64,000 nucleotides of DNA, taken from NCBI GenBank assembly GCA_965237955.1, contig OZ250169.1, positions 3,744,001 to 3,808,000 of the forward strand, given 5' to 3'. Position 1 is the stretch's first letter; every line of letters begins with the position of its first letter. The translations under genes and the position numbers were made by a program. The notes below the pieces were generated by a model. It saw only the letters and a list, made by a program, of their open reading frames with translations, made no database searches and was not told where the DNA came from. Source of the DNA: Candidatus Marinacidobacterales bacterium (GTDB taxonomy: Bacteria; Acidobacteriota; Vicinamibacteria; Marinacidobacterales; SMYC01). Positions 45,291 to 55,216 of this stretch are shown here, piece by piece.

Positions 45291-45689
45291 ATGAGAATTG
45301 CCGACTGTTTGATGGCCATACTCGCACTGAGCCTGCCCCTCGGCGCATGCTCAGAGGGGAGCGAGTCGGAGGCACCGCAGCTCGAAGGTGCGGAAATGGC
45401 CGCGGCTCTGGCGGATGAAGGCATTTTCCTCCTCGACGTGCGCGCGCCCAGTGAGCTCGAAGAGCTCGGCACCGTCGAAGGGTATGTGAACATCCCGATC
45501 GACCAGCTCGCCGATCGCCTCGACGAGCTTCCTCGAGACAAACCCATCCTCACCGCTTGAAACCGCGGTGGACGAGCCGCGGGTGCCGCGGCGTTGCTGC
45601 AAGAGAACGGTTTCGAGGTCGTTGGTTTTTGCGGACTGGGTAACTACGAGGGACAAAAGGTTTATCCGAAAGCCGCGTCGGAGTCCTGA
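45291..45689 (+). CDS. Rhodanese-domain lipoprotein with in-frame UGA (probable selenocysteine) at 45558
   Basis: LLDVR..E, NIPIDQL, KPILTA-UGA-NRGGRA..AA.LL.ENGF. The frame stays open 42 more codons, and a hairpin follows the UGA. Confidence 0.8.
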
Positions 45690-45726
45690 GCACAACGAAC
45701 AAAAGGGTGTCACCTGTATTTGAGTA

Positions 45727-45783
45727 TTGACAGGCTCAGCCGGGTAGCGCTATCATTCCAATAATGAAATTGAATTTCATTAT
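45727..45783 (+). promoter_or_regulatory. Promoter and Fur-type box upstream of feoAB
   Basis: TTGACA-18 bp-TATCAT, then palindrome ATAATGAAAT-TGA-ATTTCATTAT (45761-45783). Confidence 0.8.
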
Positions 45784-45798
45784 CGGAGCCCGGAAGCG

Positions 45799-46065
45799 TT
45801 GAGCGAAGAAGCGGTGAAAAAGCCGCTATCCTTGGCGGCGCAGTCCCCCGGATTTCGCGGCCGTATTCTCCCGCACGTCGAAGGCGAGGTCTCATGGCGA
45901 CTTCGCGAGCTCGGGTTCGTTCCCGGCACCACGGTCTCGGTCCTGCGCCGAGGCCCGCTCGGCGATCCGCTCCAGCTCGAGCTCCGCGGCTACCGCATCT
46001 GCCTTCGCAAGAACGACTTGGCTCCCATCCACGTCGAGCCTCTCGCCGAGCTCAGCAGGGCCTGA
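45799..46065 (+). CDS. feoA: Ferrous iron transport protein A
   Basis: RLRELGFVPG..GPLGDP..LRG motif. Confidence 0.88.
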   Translation: MSEEAVKKPLSLAAQSPGFRGRILPHVEGEVSWRLRELGFVPGTTVSVLRRGPLGDPLQLELRGYRICLRKNDLAPIHVEPLAELSRA

Positions 46066-46072
46066 GCCCAAC

Positions 46073-47977
46073 ATGAGCACGGCCGCGGTGTCCGAATCGC
46101 CGCTTTTGGTCGCGCTCCTCGGTGCCCCGAACTCAGGGAAAACGACGATCTTCAACGCGCTGACTGGTGCTCGCGCGAAAGTCGGTAACTACCCGGGCGT
46201 CACCGTAGAGCGCCGCGAGGGCGTGATCCGGAAGAGCTCTCGTTCGGTGCGCGTGCTCGATTTACCCGGGAGCTACAGCCTGCGCGGCGAAACCCCCGAC
46301 GAGCAAGTCGTCGAGCAAGTGCTCGCGGGCGAGCTCGACGCCAAGCCCGACGCACTCCTGATCGTCGTCGACGCGACCACGCTCCAGCGAAGTCTCGCGA
46401 TGGTCGTGGAAGCGCTCGAAGCGCACTCAGGGCTCCAGTGTGCTCTCGTCGTCACCATGATCGACGAGATGCGCGCGCGCGGCGGCAAGATCGATTTCGC
46501 TAAGCTCAGCAAAACACTAGGGACCCCGGTCTTTCCCGTCGTCGGTCACCGCGGTGTCGGGATGGATGCGCTCCTCCGTGCGCTCGAAGCGCCCGAGCAG
46601 TGGTCGCGCCCGAAGACGTTCCCGAAAACAGAAGCACCCGAGGAGCGGTTCGAGTGGGTGGACGAGGTGTGCCGGAACATCGGTGCGACGAAAATCGAGC
46701 CGGATACACGGAGCGACAAAATCGACCGGTGGCTCTTGCATCCGTTGATGGGTGGGCTCGCGTTCGCCGCGGTGATGATTTTCGTCTTCCAGAGCATCTT
46801 CACCTGGGCGGTTCCGGCGATGGACGGGATCGAAGGTTTTTTCGGCGAGCTCGGACGGCTGTCGCGAACGGTACTCCCCGCAGGGCTTTTCGCCGATCTC
46901 TGGGCAGACGGCATCGTTGCCGGAGTCGGCTCGGTACTCGTGTTTCTGCCGCAGATCATCATCCTGTTCACGCTGATCCATTTGCTGGAGGACGTGGGCT
47001 ATATGGCGCGCGCGGCGTTCGTGGTCGACCGCATCATGGGCTGGGTCGGCCTTCAGGGCCGCTCGTTCGTGGTGCTTCTCTCGTGTTCCGCGTGCGCGGT
47101 GCCCGGCATCATGGCTGCCCGCACTATCCCGTCCCCCCGGGACCGTCTCGCGACCATCCTCGTTTCGCCGTTCATGACGTGCTCGGCGCGACTCCCGGTG
47201 TACACACTCCTGATCGCTGCGTTCATTCCAGCCCAAACCATTGCTGGTTTCTTCGGCATTCAAGGTCTGGTGATGTTCGCGCTCTATCTAGCCGGAGCCT
47301 TTACCGCCCTCGCTTCGGCCGCGCTCCTCAAGGCGACCGTGGTGCGCGGCAACATCGCCACCTTCTACATGGAGCTTCCTCCTTACCGCTTCCCGACGCT
47401 GAAGCTTCTCGCGACTCAGGTGTGGCACAGCACCCGCCATTTTCTCAAACGCGCGGGCACGATCATCTTCGCCGCTTCCGTCGTCGTCTGGGCGCTCCTC
47501 AACTTCCCACGCGCCGATGCGCCAACCGGTATGTCACCCGAAGCCCAGGCACAGCAACAGCTCGAGGTGAGCGCGGGCGGGCACATCGGTCGCGCCCTCG
47601 AGCCGGCCATCGAACCGCTCGGGTTCGATTGGAAGATCGGAGTAGGCCTCGTCGCGAGCCTCGCGGCGCGGGAAGTCATCGTGGCCACGCTCGCCCAGAT
47701 CTACGCCGTCGGGGATCCAGACGATTTCGATGGGCTTCGGGGAGCGCTCCGGAGCGACATCAACCCGAACACCGGACAACCGGTCTTCAATATCGCCGTC
47801 GCGCTGTCACTCCTGGTGTTTTTCGTGTTCGCGCTCCAGTGCACTTCCACCATCGTGGTGATGGCGAAGGAGACCGGCTCGTGGAAATGGCCGGCGTTCG
47901 CGTTCAGCTACATGCTGGGTCTCGCCTACGTCGCGAGCTTCATCACCTACCGGGCCGCTTCCGCCTGGCTGCTCTGA
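46073..47977 (+). CDS. feoB: Ferrous iron transport protein B
   Basis: GAPNSGKT, NYPGVTVE, DLPG, CSARLPVY and AREVIV motifs. Confidence 0.94.
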   Translation: MSTAAVSESPLLVALLGAPNSGKTTIFNALTGARAKVGNYPGVTVERREGVIRKSSRSVRVLDLPGSYSLRGETPDEQVVEQVLAGELDAKPDALLIVVDATTLQRSLAMVVEALEAHSGLQCALVVTMIDEMRARGGKIDFAKLSKTLGTPVFPVVGHRGVGMDALLRALEAPEQWSRPKTFPKTEAPEERFEWVDEVCRNIGATKIEPDTRSDKIDRWLLHPLMGGLAFAAVMIFVFQSIFTWAVPAMDGIEGFFGELGRLSRTVLPAGLFADLWADGIVAGVGSVLVFLPQIIILFTLIHLLEDVGYMARAAFVVDRIMGWVGLQGRSFVVLLSCSACAVPGIMAARTIPSPRDRLATILVSPFMTCSARLPVYTLLIAAFIPAQTIAGFFGIQGLVMFALYLAGAFTALASAALLKATVVRGNIATFYMELPPYRFPTLKLLATQVWHSTRHFLKRAGTIIFAASVVVWALLNFPRADAPTGMSPEAQAQQQLEVSAGGHIGRALEPAIEPLGFDWKIGVGLVASLAAREVIVATLAQIYAVGDPDDFDGLRGALRSDINPNTGQPVFNIAVALSLLVFFVFALQCTSTIVVMAKETGSWKWPAFAFSYMLGLAYVASFITYRAASAWLL

Positions 47978-48003
47978 CCCCGGTTGCCGGGGGGTTCGGT
48001 TTC
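47977..48003 (+). terminator. Possible intrinsic terminator after feoB
   Basis: ACCCCGG-TTG-CCGGGGG stem followed by a weak T-rich tail. Confidence 0.4.
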
Positions 48004-48121
48004 ATGGTTCAATAGTTACTCCCCCCCGAGTTTGCTGGTCGAAAGAGCACAGCGAGTGTACGAGTCCACCACACAACTCAGCTATCGACGGACACCGCCG
48101 GAGTTCGGCCCAACGGCAACC

Positions 48122-49087
48122 ATGCGTGTCCCCCGCTACGTGCTCGAAAAAGTCCTCGGTTCTGGCTCGATGGGGGTCGTCTACCGAGCGCACGATCGTA
48201 TCCTCGGGCGCACGGTGGCCATCAAGACCATCCGTAAAGAGCTGATTTCAAAGGACTCGGAGTATCGAGCCTATCGAGACCGGTTCTTCCACGAAGCCCA
48301 CATCTTCGGCTCGCTGTCCCATCCGAATATCGTGGCGCTCTACGACGTCGGGGAGACCGACGACGGCTTGCCGTACCTGACGATGGAGTACGTGCCCGAC
48401 GCCTCGCTCGGCGGGCTCGACCGGCGCCTCAGCCTCGATCAGGTCATCTGGCTTCTCGCCCAGCTCGCGAGCGCCATCGACTACGCGCATACCCAGGAGA
48501 TCCTTCACCGCGACATCAAGCCGACGAACATCCTCTTGGGCGAAGGCGAAGAAGCCAAAATCGCCGATTTCGGCGTCGCCAAGATCTTGGGCGCCGAGTT
48601 CACCCGAAGCCAGACACGGTTCGGCACACCCGGATACATGTCCCCGGAGCAGGTGTTGGGTAAGACGTTGACCCGCAGTAGCGACGTTTTTTCCTTGGCG
48701 GTCGTCGCGTTCGAGCTTCTGTCGGGACGGAAGCCGTTTCCGGGGAAAAGTGTTCACTCGGTCTTGTATAAGATCGTGCATGCGGATCCGATTCTGCCCA
48801 CCGGGCTCGAGGCGACCGGGCTTGCGGTCAAGAAATGGAAGGAATTGTTCGCGAGCGCTCTCGCCAAGGAGCCGCAACGACGATACTCGTCGGCGTCCGA
48901 GCTCGTGTCCGAGCTCGTCGAGCTTTGTCCCGGCTCATGGCTCGGTGGCCTGCTCGTGGATGGACTTTCAGCGAAAGCACCCGCATTCGAAGAGCGCGGT
49001 GCACACGACACGCTGACGCTGTACGCGTCGGGACCGCTTTACTCACGGCTCGCTGACCGCACGATTCAGTCAGCGCGGACTGGGTAG
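48122..49087 (+). CDS. Ser/Thr protein kinase (start uncertain)
   Basis: GSGSMG, HRDIKPTN, DFG and YMSPEQ motifs. Confidence 0.82.
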   Translation: MRVPRYVLEKVLGSGSMGVVYRAHDRILGRTVAIKTIRKELISKDSEYRAYRDRFFHEAHIFGSLSHPNIVALYDVGETDDGLPYLTMEYVPDASLGGLDRRLSLDQVIWLLAQLASAIDYAHTQEILHRDIKPTNILLGEGEEAKIADFGVAKILGAEFTRSQTRFGTPGYMSPEQVLGKTLTRSSDVFSLAVVAFELLSGRKPFPGKSVHSVLYKIVHADPILPTGLEATGLAVKKWKELFASALAKEPQRRYSSASELVSELVELCPGSWLGGLLVDGLSAKAPAFEERGAHDTLTLYASGPLYSRLADRTIQSARTG

Positions 49088-49254
49088 GCATACTTAGGAC
49101 TCAGAATCTCCAATAGACCGGCGGCGGTCATGCCGCCGACGGCGAAAACCTTCGCGCGGTCCAAGAACTGACGACGGCTCACCCCTCCGTGAACGTAGAG
49201 GTCGAACAAGTCGAGAAGCCCCTGATCGAAATCGCTGGCTTTCTTTCGCTTCAT
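49066..49254 (-). pseudogene. N-terminal fragment of a YghX-like dienelactone hydrolase
   Basis: MKRKKASDFDQ..LFD.YVHG..SRR.FL; the catalytic domain is absent. Confidence 0.7.
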
Positions 49255-49272
49255 GATGGCCCTCTTCTCTAC

Positions 49273-50796
49273 CTACCGGCGGTGAGGCGGTGTCCCGTAT
49301 GGATAGTAGTCCTCTAAATTCACATGCTCGTAAGGTAGGGCGTCGAGAAAGGTCGTGCCCACGAACGGCTCTGGAGCTTCGACGACGACGATGGTCTTCG
49401 CGTAGCCGGTTTCGTCGAAGCCTCTTCGGAAGTGAACCCGCGATTTCAGGACGAACACGTCGTAGTCATCGGGATCGATAGAGCCCAAGCGAAACTCGTC
49501 CGGATAGAGGACTTGCTCGTAAGCCGGAGTAATGACGACGAGGTTGCCGTCCCCGAACGATATCGCTGCGACGCGCTCGTAGCCGAACCCCTCGCCGAAA
49601 TAGGTCACCGTTCCTTGGATACGGACGGGTGTTCCCCCTGATGGCGTGAAGCCGCCGATCTCCATGTCGAACGCGTCGCCCTCGGCTATCGCGTCCAGAG
49701 TCTCCGGCGAGGTGATGGTGCCGTACAAGACCTTCCCGATCCCAGCCGCTACGAACGCTTTGAGAATGTGAGTGGCATCTCCCGGTCGGTCACTGTGATC
49801 GCCTACCGCCACGGGCGTCTCACCGGTGGCGATGGCCTCTCGCACGATCCCCGCAGCCTCCTCCGGCTGAGGATAGTTGCCCACGGCAAACTCCCGGACC
49901 CTCCAGATGAATTCGTCCATGTCGTCGGCAATACGATCCGCCAACGCCTGGTCCCCGTTGGTCATGACGTGGACGGTGGCGCCGACATCGGGAACATCGG
50001 ACCAAGGGTAGCCGTAGAAGACGCTCACATAGGCGTCATCCTCGCGCGCCTCCCACCGCCGCGCTCTTTCCATGATGTCCATCGACGGAGACTGGCCCGT
50101 CCACTGCACCACGGTGGGGGTGATCACGCCCGGCTTGCGTGTTGCCGTGGTGGATGTGTACTCACCCGCCGCCGCGAGACGAAGCCCACGCGCCGCTCGC
50201 TCACCTTGGATATACGCGTCGTAGTGCGGGTAGCGTTTGGTCACGAAAGCGAAATCGGCCCAGCGCAAAAACTCGGCGTCTTCGTTTCCATGGAGATCGA
50301 ACGTTCCCGCGATGGGAACGTCGGGGCCAACGACCTCCCTGAATCGTCTCGCGATTTCCGCCTCCGGCCGGGGAACGTCGCGCACGGCCATCGCGCCGTG
50401 AAGGGCTAGATACACGGCGTCGACGGGCATCGCGTCCTTCAGTTCCGCGATCATCTGATCGAGGAAGTGGTCGAACGTGGCCTTCGTGTTCCAGCTACGC
50501 GACGAGCCGCCGAACACCCCACTAGGAGAGGTCAGTGGAACGAGCTCGACGTCTCCGAGTTCGCGCGCGCGCTTGGTGAACCCTCGAATGTAGCTTCCGG
50601 ATGAAAGGAGCTCTTCTCCGCTCAAGGCTTCTGAGTATTTCAGCCAGTCGTCGATCTCGGTATCGCCGCCCGGGCAGAACGTACACGTCTCGTGTGAGAA
50701 TTTAGCGACGGCGATTCTCAATGGATGGGAGGGAACCGTCTCAGTGCATCCCAGCAGCAAAACGGTACCCAGGAGCGTCACAGCAGTCGTACGCAT
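49273..50796 (-). CDS. M81 (MlrC-like) metallopeptidase, lipoprotein
   Basis: HETCTF, LHGAM, DLHGN, YPHYD and KSRVHFR motifs. Confidence 0.88.
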   Translation of the reverse strand: MRTTAVTLLGTVLLLGCTETVPSHPLRIAVAKFSHETCTFCPGGDTEIDDWLKYSEALSGEELLSSGSYIRGFTKRARELGDVELVPLTSPSGVFGGSSRSWNTKATFDHFLDQMIAELKDAMPVDAVYLALHGAMAVRDVPRPEAEIARRFREVVGPDVPIAGTFDLHGNEDAEFLRWADFAFVTKRYPHYDAYIQGERAARGLRLAAAGEYTSTTATRKPGVITPTVVQWTGQSPSMDIMERARRWEAREDDAYVSVFYGYPWSDVPDVGATVHVMTNGDQALADRIADDMDEFIWRVREFAVGNYPQPEEAAGIVREAIATGETPVAVGDHSDRPGDATHILKAFVAAGIGKVLYGTITSPETLDAIAEGDAFDMEIGGFTPSGGTPVRIQGTVTYFGEGFGYERVAAISFGDGNLVVITPAYEQVLYPDEFRLGSIDPDDYDVFVLKSRVHFRRGFDETGYAKTIVVVEAPEPFVGTTFLDALPYEHVNLEDYYPYGTPPHRR

Positions 50797-50809
50797 CGCG
50801 CGAACTATA

Positions 50810-52051
50810 TCAGCCCTTCACGCAAACGATCTGCTTGAGCCGGTAGACGATCTCGACGAGATCGCTCTGCGCTTCCATGACCGCATCAATGTCTTTGTAC
50901 GCGCCCGGCGTTTCGTCGATCACTCCCGCATCCTTGCGACACTCCACGCCCTCGGTGGCTTTGACGTGATCCTCCAGCGTGAACGCCTTCTTCGCCGCGG
51001 TTCGTGACATGACGCGGCCCGCACCGTGGCTGCACGAATCGAAGCTCTCTGGATTGCCCTTGCCACGCACGATGTAGGAACGCGCCCCCATGCTTCCGGG
51101 AATGATTCCGAGATCGCCGACGCCGGCCCGAACGGCCCCCTTGCGTGTCACAAAAACGTCCTCACCGTAGTGGTGTTCGCGCGCGACGTAGTTGTGGTGA
51201 CAGTTCACGACTTCCTCCTGCGCGCGGAACGCCGGCACGAGATTCGTTTGCTTCACCGCTTCGGTGATCGCCTCCATCATCAGCTCGCGGTTCGTCGCCG
51301 CGTACCGCTGTGCCCAGTCCACGGCTTGCCAGTAGTCGCCGAAGTGCTCGCTTCCCTCTTCGAAGTACGCGAGGTCCTTGTCGGGAAGCTTGTGCAGGTG
51401 GCGGTGCATGTCCTTTTGCGCGAGCTGGATGAAGTGCATCCCGGTGCGATTCCCCACACCGCGCGAGCCTGAATGCAGCATGAACCAAACGTCATCGTTC
51501 TCGTCCAGGCAAACTTCGATGAAGTGGTTGCCGGAGCCCAACGTAGCGAGCTGATTCACCGGATGGTTGTTCCGATCGAGCTTAGGGTACTTTGCGAGAA
51601 TTCGTTCATACCCCTCTTGCAGGCCCCGCCATGCCTTGGCGTTACGCTTCGGGGCGTTACCGTATGAGCCTTTGTCCCGGCGCCCACCGTGATGCGAGCG
51701 TCCGTGAGGCACCGCCTCCTCGATCGCCAAGCGGAGCGGCGCAAGGTTGTCCGGTAGATCCGATGCGCTCAGCGTCGTGTGCATGGCCGCCATCCCGCAG
51801 CCGATGTCGACGCCGACGGCGGCCGGGATGATGGCTTTGCGTGTGGGGATGACGCTCCCCACGGTCGCGCCCAATCCCCAGTGCACGTCCGGCATCGCGG
51901 CGAGCCACCGGTGGATGAACGGAAGCTGCGACGTGTTCAGAAGCTGCTCTTTGGCCTTGGGATCCACCGGGACGCCTCGAACCCAGGCCTTGACGGGACG
52001 GCCCTTGGGGTCGCGCTTTCCCCCTTGGATCAGGACGTACCGCTTGCTCAT
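50810..52051 (-). CDS. rtcB: RNA-splicing/repair ligase RtcB
   Basis: MPDVH.G.G, VGVDIGCG, GSGNHF, HSGSRG, RKGA, SHGAGR and DETPGAYK motifs. Confidence 0.95.
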   Translation of the reverse strand: MSKRYVLIQGGKRDPKGRPVKAWVRGVPVDPKAKEQLLNTSQLPFIHRWLAAMPDVHWGLGATVGSVIPTRKAIIPAAVGVDIGCGMAAMHTTLSASDLPDNLAPLRLAIEEAVPHGRSHHGGRRDKGSYGNAPKRNAKAWRGLQEGYERILAKYPKLDRNNHPVNQLATLGSGNHFIEVCLDENDDVWFMLHSGSRGVGNRTGMHFIQLAQKDMHRHLHKLPDKDLAYFEEGSEHFGDYWQAVDWAQRYAATNRELMMEAITEAVKQTNLVPAFRAQEEVVNCHHNYVAREHHYGEDVFVTRKGAVRAGVGDLGIIPGSMGARSYIVRGKGNPESFDSCSHGAGRVMSRTAAKKAFTLEDHVKATEGVECRKDAGVIDETPGAYKDIDAVMEAQSDLVEIVYRLKQIVCVKG

Positions 52052-52096
52052 GGTGGGACTATCTCACACCGAGGTCATCCCATAGAATGCAACGCT

Positions 52097-53889
52097 ATGT
52101 CGCTCTCTCCGGACACGCGGCTCGGGCCCTACAGAATCGTCGAGGCCATCGGTGCGGGCGGTATGGGGGAAGTGTACCGCGCGCGCGACACCAAGCTCGA
52201 CCGGACGGTGGCCCTCAAGATCCTTCCCCCAGAGCTTGCGAAGAGCGAGGAGCGCCGGACGCGTTTCCTCCGTGAGGCGAAAGCTGCATCCGCCATCGAC
52301 CACCCGAATGTCGCGCACATCTACGAGATTGGTGAGGCGGACGGCGTCCATTTCATCGCCATGCAGTACGTGGATGGCGCCAACCTCGCCGCAAGAGTGA
52401 AAGGTGACGCTCTCGCCACCGCCAACATTATTAATATAGGCCTCCAAACCGCGGACGCACTGGATGCCGCCCATGCGAAGGGCATCGTTCATCGGGATAT
52501 CAAACCGGCCAACCTGGTGCTCACCGACCGCGATCAGATCAAAGTTCTCGATTTCGGCCTCGCGAAATACGCGGCCACGGCCGAGGCGTTGAAAGATTCG
52601 GACGCGCCCACCGAAGCGAAGACAGCGGCCGGGATGGTGATGGGGACCGTCCACTACATGAGCCCCGAACAGGGCCTCGGGCGCGATGTGGATGGACGCT
52701 CGGACATTTTTTCTCTCGGTGTCGTCCTCTACGAGCTCACCACGGGCCGACTGCCGTTTTCCGGCGGAAGCCCGACGGAGACGATCGAGCGCATCGCCCA
52801 CGCACAGCCCGACGCGATCGCGCGCTTTAACTACGACGCACCGCCGGAGCTCGAGCGAATCATCCGCCGGTGTCTGGAGAAAGATCCCGAGGACCGCTAT
52901 CAAACGGCGAAGGATCTTTTTATCGAACTGAAGCATCTGAAACGGGACTCCGAGTTGGGAGCGGTCGTTGCGACAGCGCCCCGAGTGGCGCGTCGCATGC
53001 CGTGGCCAGCGCTTTCGATCGGAGCCCTCGTGTTGGTCGCGGCGGCCATCGGCTTGTTTTGGTTCTCGGGCGATTCGGAACGGATCGACTCCCTCGCCGT
53101 GCTCCCTTTCGAGAACGGGAGTGCCGATCCGGACACCGAATACTTCAGCGACGGAGTCACGGAATCGATCATCAGTAGCCTTTCCCAGCTACCGAACGTT
53201 AAAGTGATCTCGCGAAATTCGGCGTTCCGCTACAAGGGCCGGACCATCGATGCGGAAGCCGTGGGCCGGGAGCTCGACGTGGAAGCTCTCGTGTTGGGCC
53301 GCATCGTCCAGCGAGGCGACGAGCTATCCGTCAGTGCCGAGCTCGTACGCACTCATGACAGCGGGCAAATCTGGGGCGAGCAGTATCAGCTAAAGGCCGC
53401 GGACATCTTCACCATCCAGGAGAACATAGCGCGTGAAATCTCGGACGCATTGCGCGTTCAGCTGACGACCGAGCAGCAAGAGCTTCTGACGAAGCAATTC
53501 ACGGCGAGCTCCTCGGCTTACGAAGCGTACCTAAAGGGCCGCTACCACTGGAACCGAAGGACCGAGGAAGGGATCCGCCAAGCCATCGTGCATTTTCAGG
53601 AAGCCATCGAGGAGGACTCCGATTACGCCCTGGCTTATACGGGTTTGGCTGACAGCTTTAGCTTGCTCGGCTTCTACTACGTGTCGCCTCGCGAGGCCTT
53701 TCCCCAAGCGAGAGACGCAGCCGAGCGCGCTCTCGAGCTCGACGACAGCCTTGGCGAGGCCCACGCGTCGCTGGCTTATGTCAAGAACTTCTACGACTGG
53801 GACTTCGCCGGGGCGGAGCGGGATTTCCAAATAGCTATCGAGCTCAACCCCACGTACGCAACGGCGTATCACTGGTACTCCGCCCTCTT
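52097..53889 (+). pseudogene. Ser/Thr kinase with TolB_N-like and TPR domains, truncated by ISAzo13
   Basis: Kinase motifs, then SLAVLPFEN and TPR repeats; the frame ends in the IS terminus. Confidence 0.85.
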
Positions 53890-54930
53890 AGGGCCGGCGA
53901 CAAAATAAGTTCCCGTTTTCAAGACGGTCGGATGGTGTAGTTCCATTTGGGTAGAGTCTGGTCCTTTGTAACGGAAAGCGCCTGCATCCGCTCGTCAGTG
54001 ATTTTGACGCCCTTCGGATAACGACGCCGGATAAGGTGTGCGCGTACTCGCAAACCGGAAGAGGTGGTGGTCGTGCGGATGTATTTGAGGATGGTTTCGT
54101 AGCTGTCGAGAGGCCTGCCCGCCCAGTTCTTGCTGATCTCGCTGAACAGACGGTGCTCCACTGGATTCCACTTGGATGTACCGGACGGATAGTGGGCTAT
54201 GGTGATAGCGATGTCGTGGCGATTGCAAATCCGCGTTTGAAGCCCGTGCTTCCAACCCCGACACCGATAGCCATTGCTGCCCCCGGCGTCTGCCAATATC
54301 GCGAGGTCACGGGCTGCAGGATAGCGTCGCCGTCCTTCCGTTCGCCACCACTTCTCGATGGCATTCACGGCGAAGTCCGGGGTGTTGTACGAGGTACCAA
54401 TGAACACTGTCCCGCGGTTCGCGAGCAGATCGTAGACGCCGTAGGGGATTGCGATGCCGTTCGATTCGGAACGGAAGTCATGGTCTTTGACGAGAGTCGG
54501 CTCGCGGTTCCAGGCCTGCCCGCCGTTTTTGAATAATCCCACCAGCTCCCGTTTCTTCGTGTCTACGCTGATGATGGGATGACCAGCTGCGGCAAAACGC
54601 TCGCGCAGTTCGGCGATACACGCGAATTGGGTATCGCGATCTTCGGACGTGGCACCGCACAGCTTCTTGTGGTTCACCCGCAACGAGAAGCCGAGCTGTT
54701 TGAGCAGTCGACCGACGGTTTTGCTGCTGACGTTCACACCGAGGCTTCTTAGCTCGCAAGCAATCTTGTCGGTGGTCCGCCGCGTCCATTTCACTCCCGT
54801 CATCGGATCGCCCGCGGTGTCGTGCTTCATGAGTTCTTCGATCTTGGCGATGACTTCTGGCGTTTTTTTTGCACGGCGCGCCGTCCGCCACCCTTTCGCC
54901 GAACTCCGTCGAGCTCAACATCTCTCATTA
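53890..54930 (-). mobile_element. ISAzo13 family element, partial copy A
   Basis: ISVDTKKRELVG, ADAGGSN and SKWNPVEHRLF motifs; reverse complement of ~55839..56880. Confidence 0.9.
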
Positions 54931-55070
54931 TACAGCCTGCTCGATGAAAAGCAGCGCCGTCTCTACGCGGGAGTCGAGGCCATGAAGCTCGGTCACGGTG
55001 GCGACCAACAGATTGCCGAACTGCTCGGGATGGATCCGAGCACGGTAGCCAGAGGTCGTAGGGAATTGCT

Positions 55071-55208
55071 TGCTATTTTGTGCTTCCTCAACAGGCGGTC
55101 GAGATCTTCAGACTGATAGCTCGTAGGTCTCATAATAGGAGAAGTGCTCCTTTATAGGCGTAATTATACTAAAATGAGGACCGTTTGTCAAACACGCGCT
55201 GGTTGCTG
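55071..55208 (-). promoter_or_regulatory. Inverted 5' end of the ISAzo13 ORF with a consensus promoter
   Basis: Minus strand TTGACA(55191)-17 bp-TATAAT, AAGGAG RBS, ATG 55133 MRPTSYQSEDLDRLLRKHKIA. Confidence 0.7.
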
Positions 55209-55216
55209 AAGATCTT

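Noticed and set aside
50810-52051. rtcB as part of an RNA-repair or defence operon
   Set aside because: No rtcA, rtcR, TROVE or tRNA-like neighbour was recognised; it appears stand-alone.
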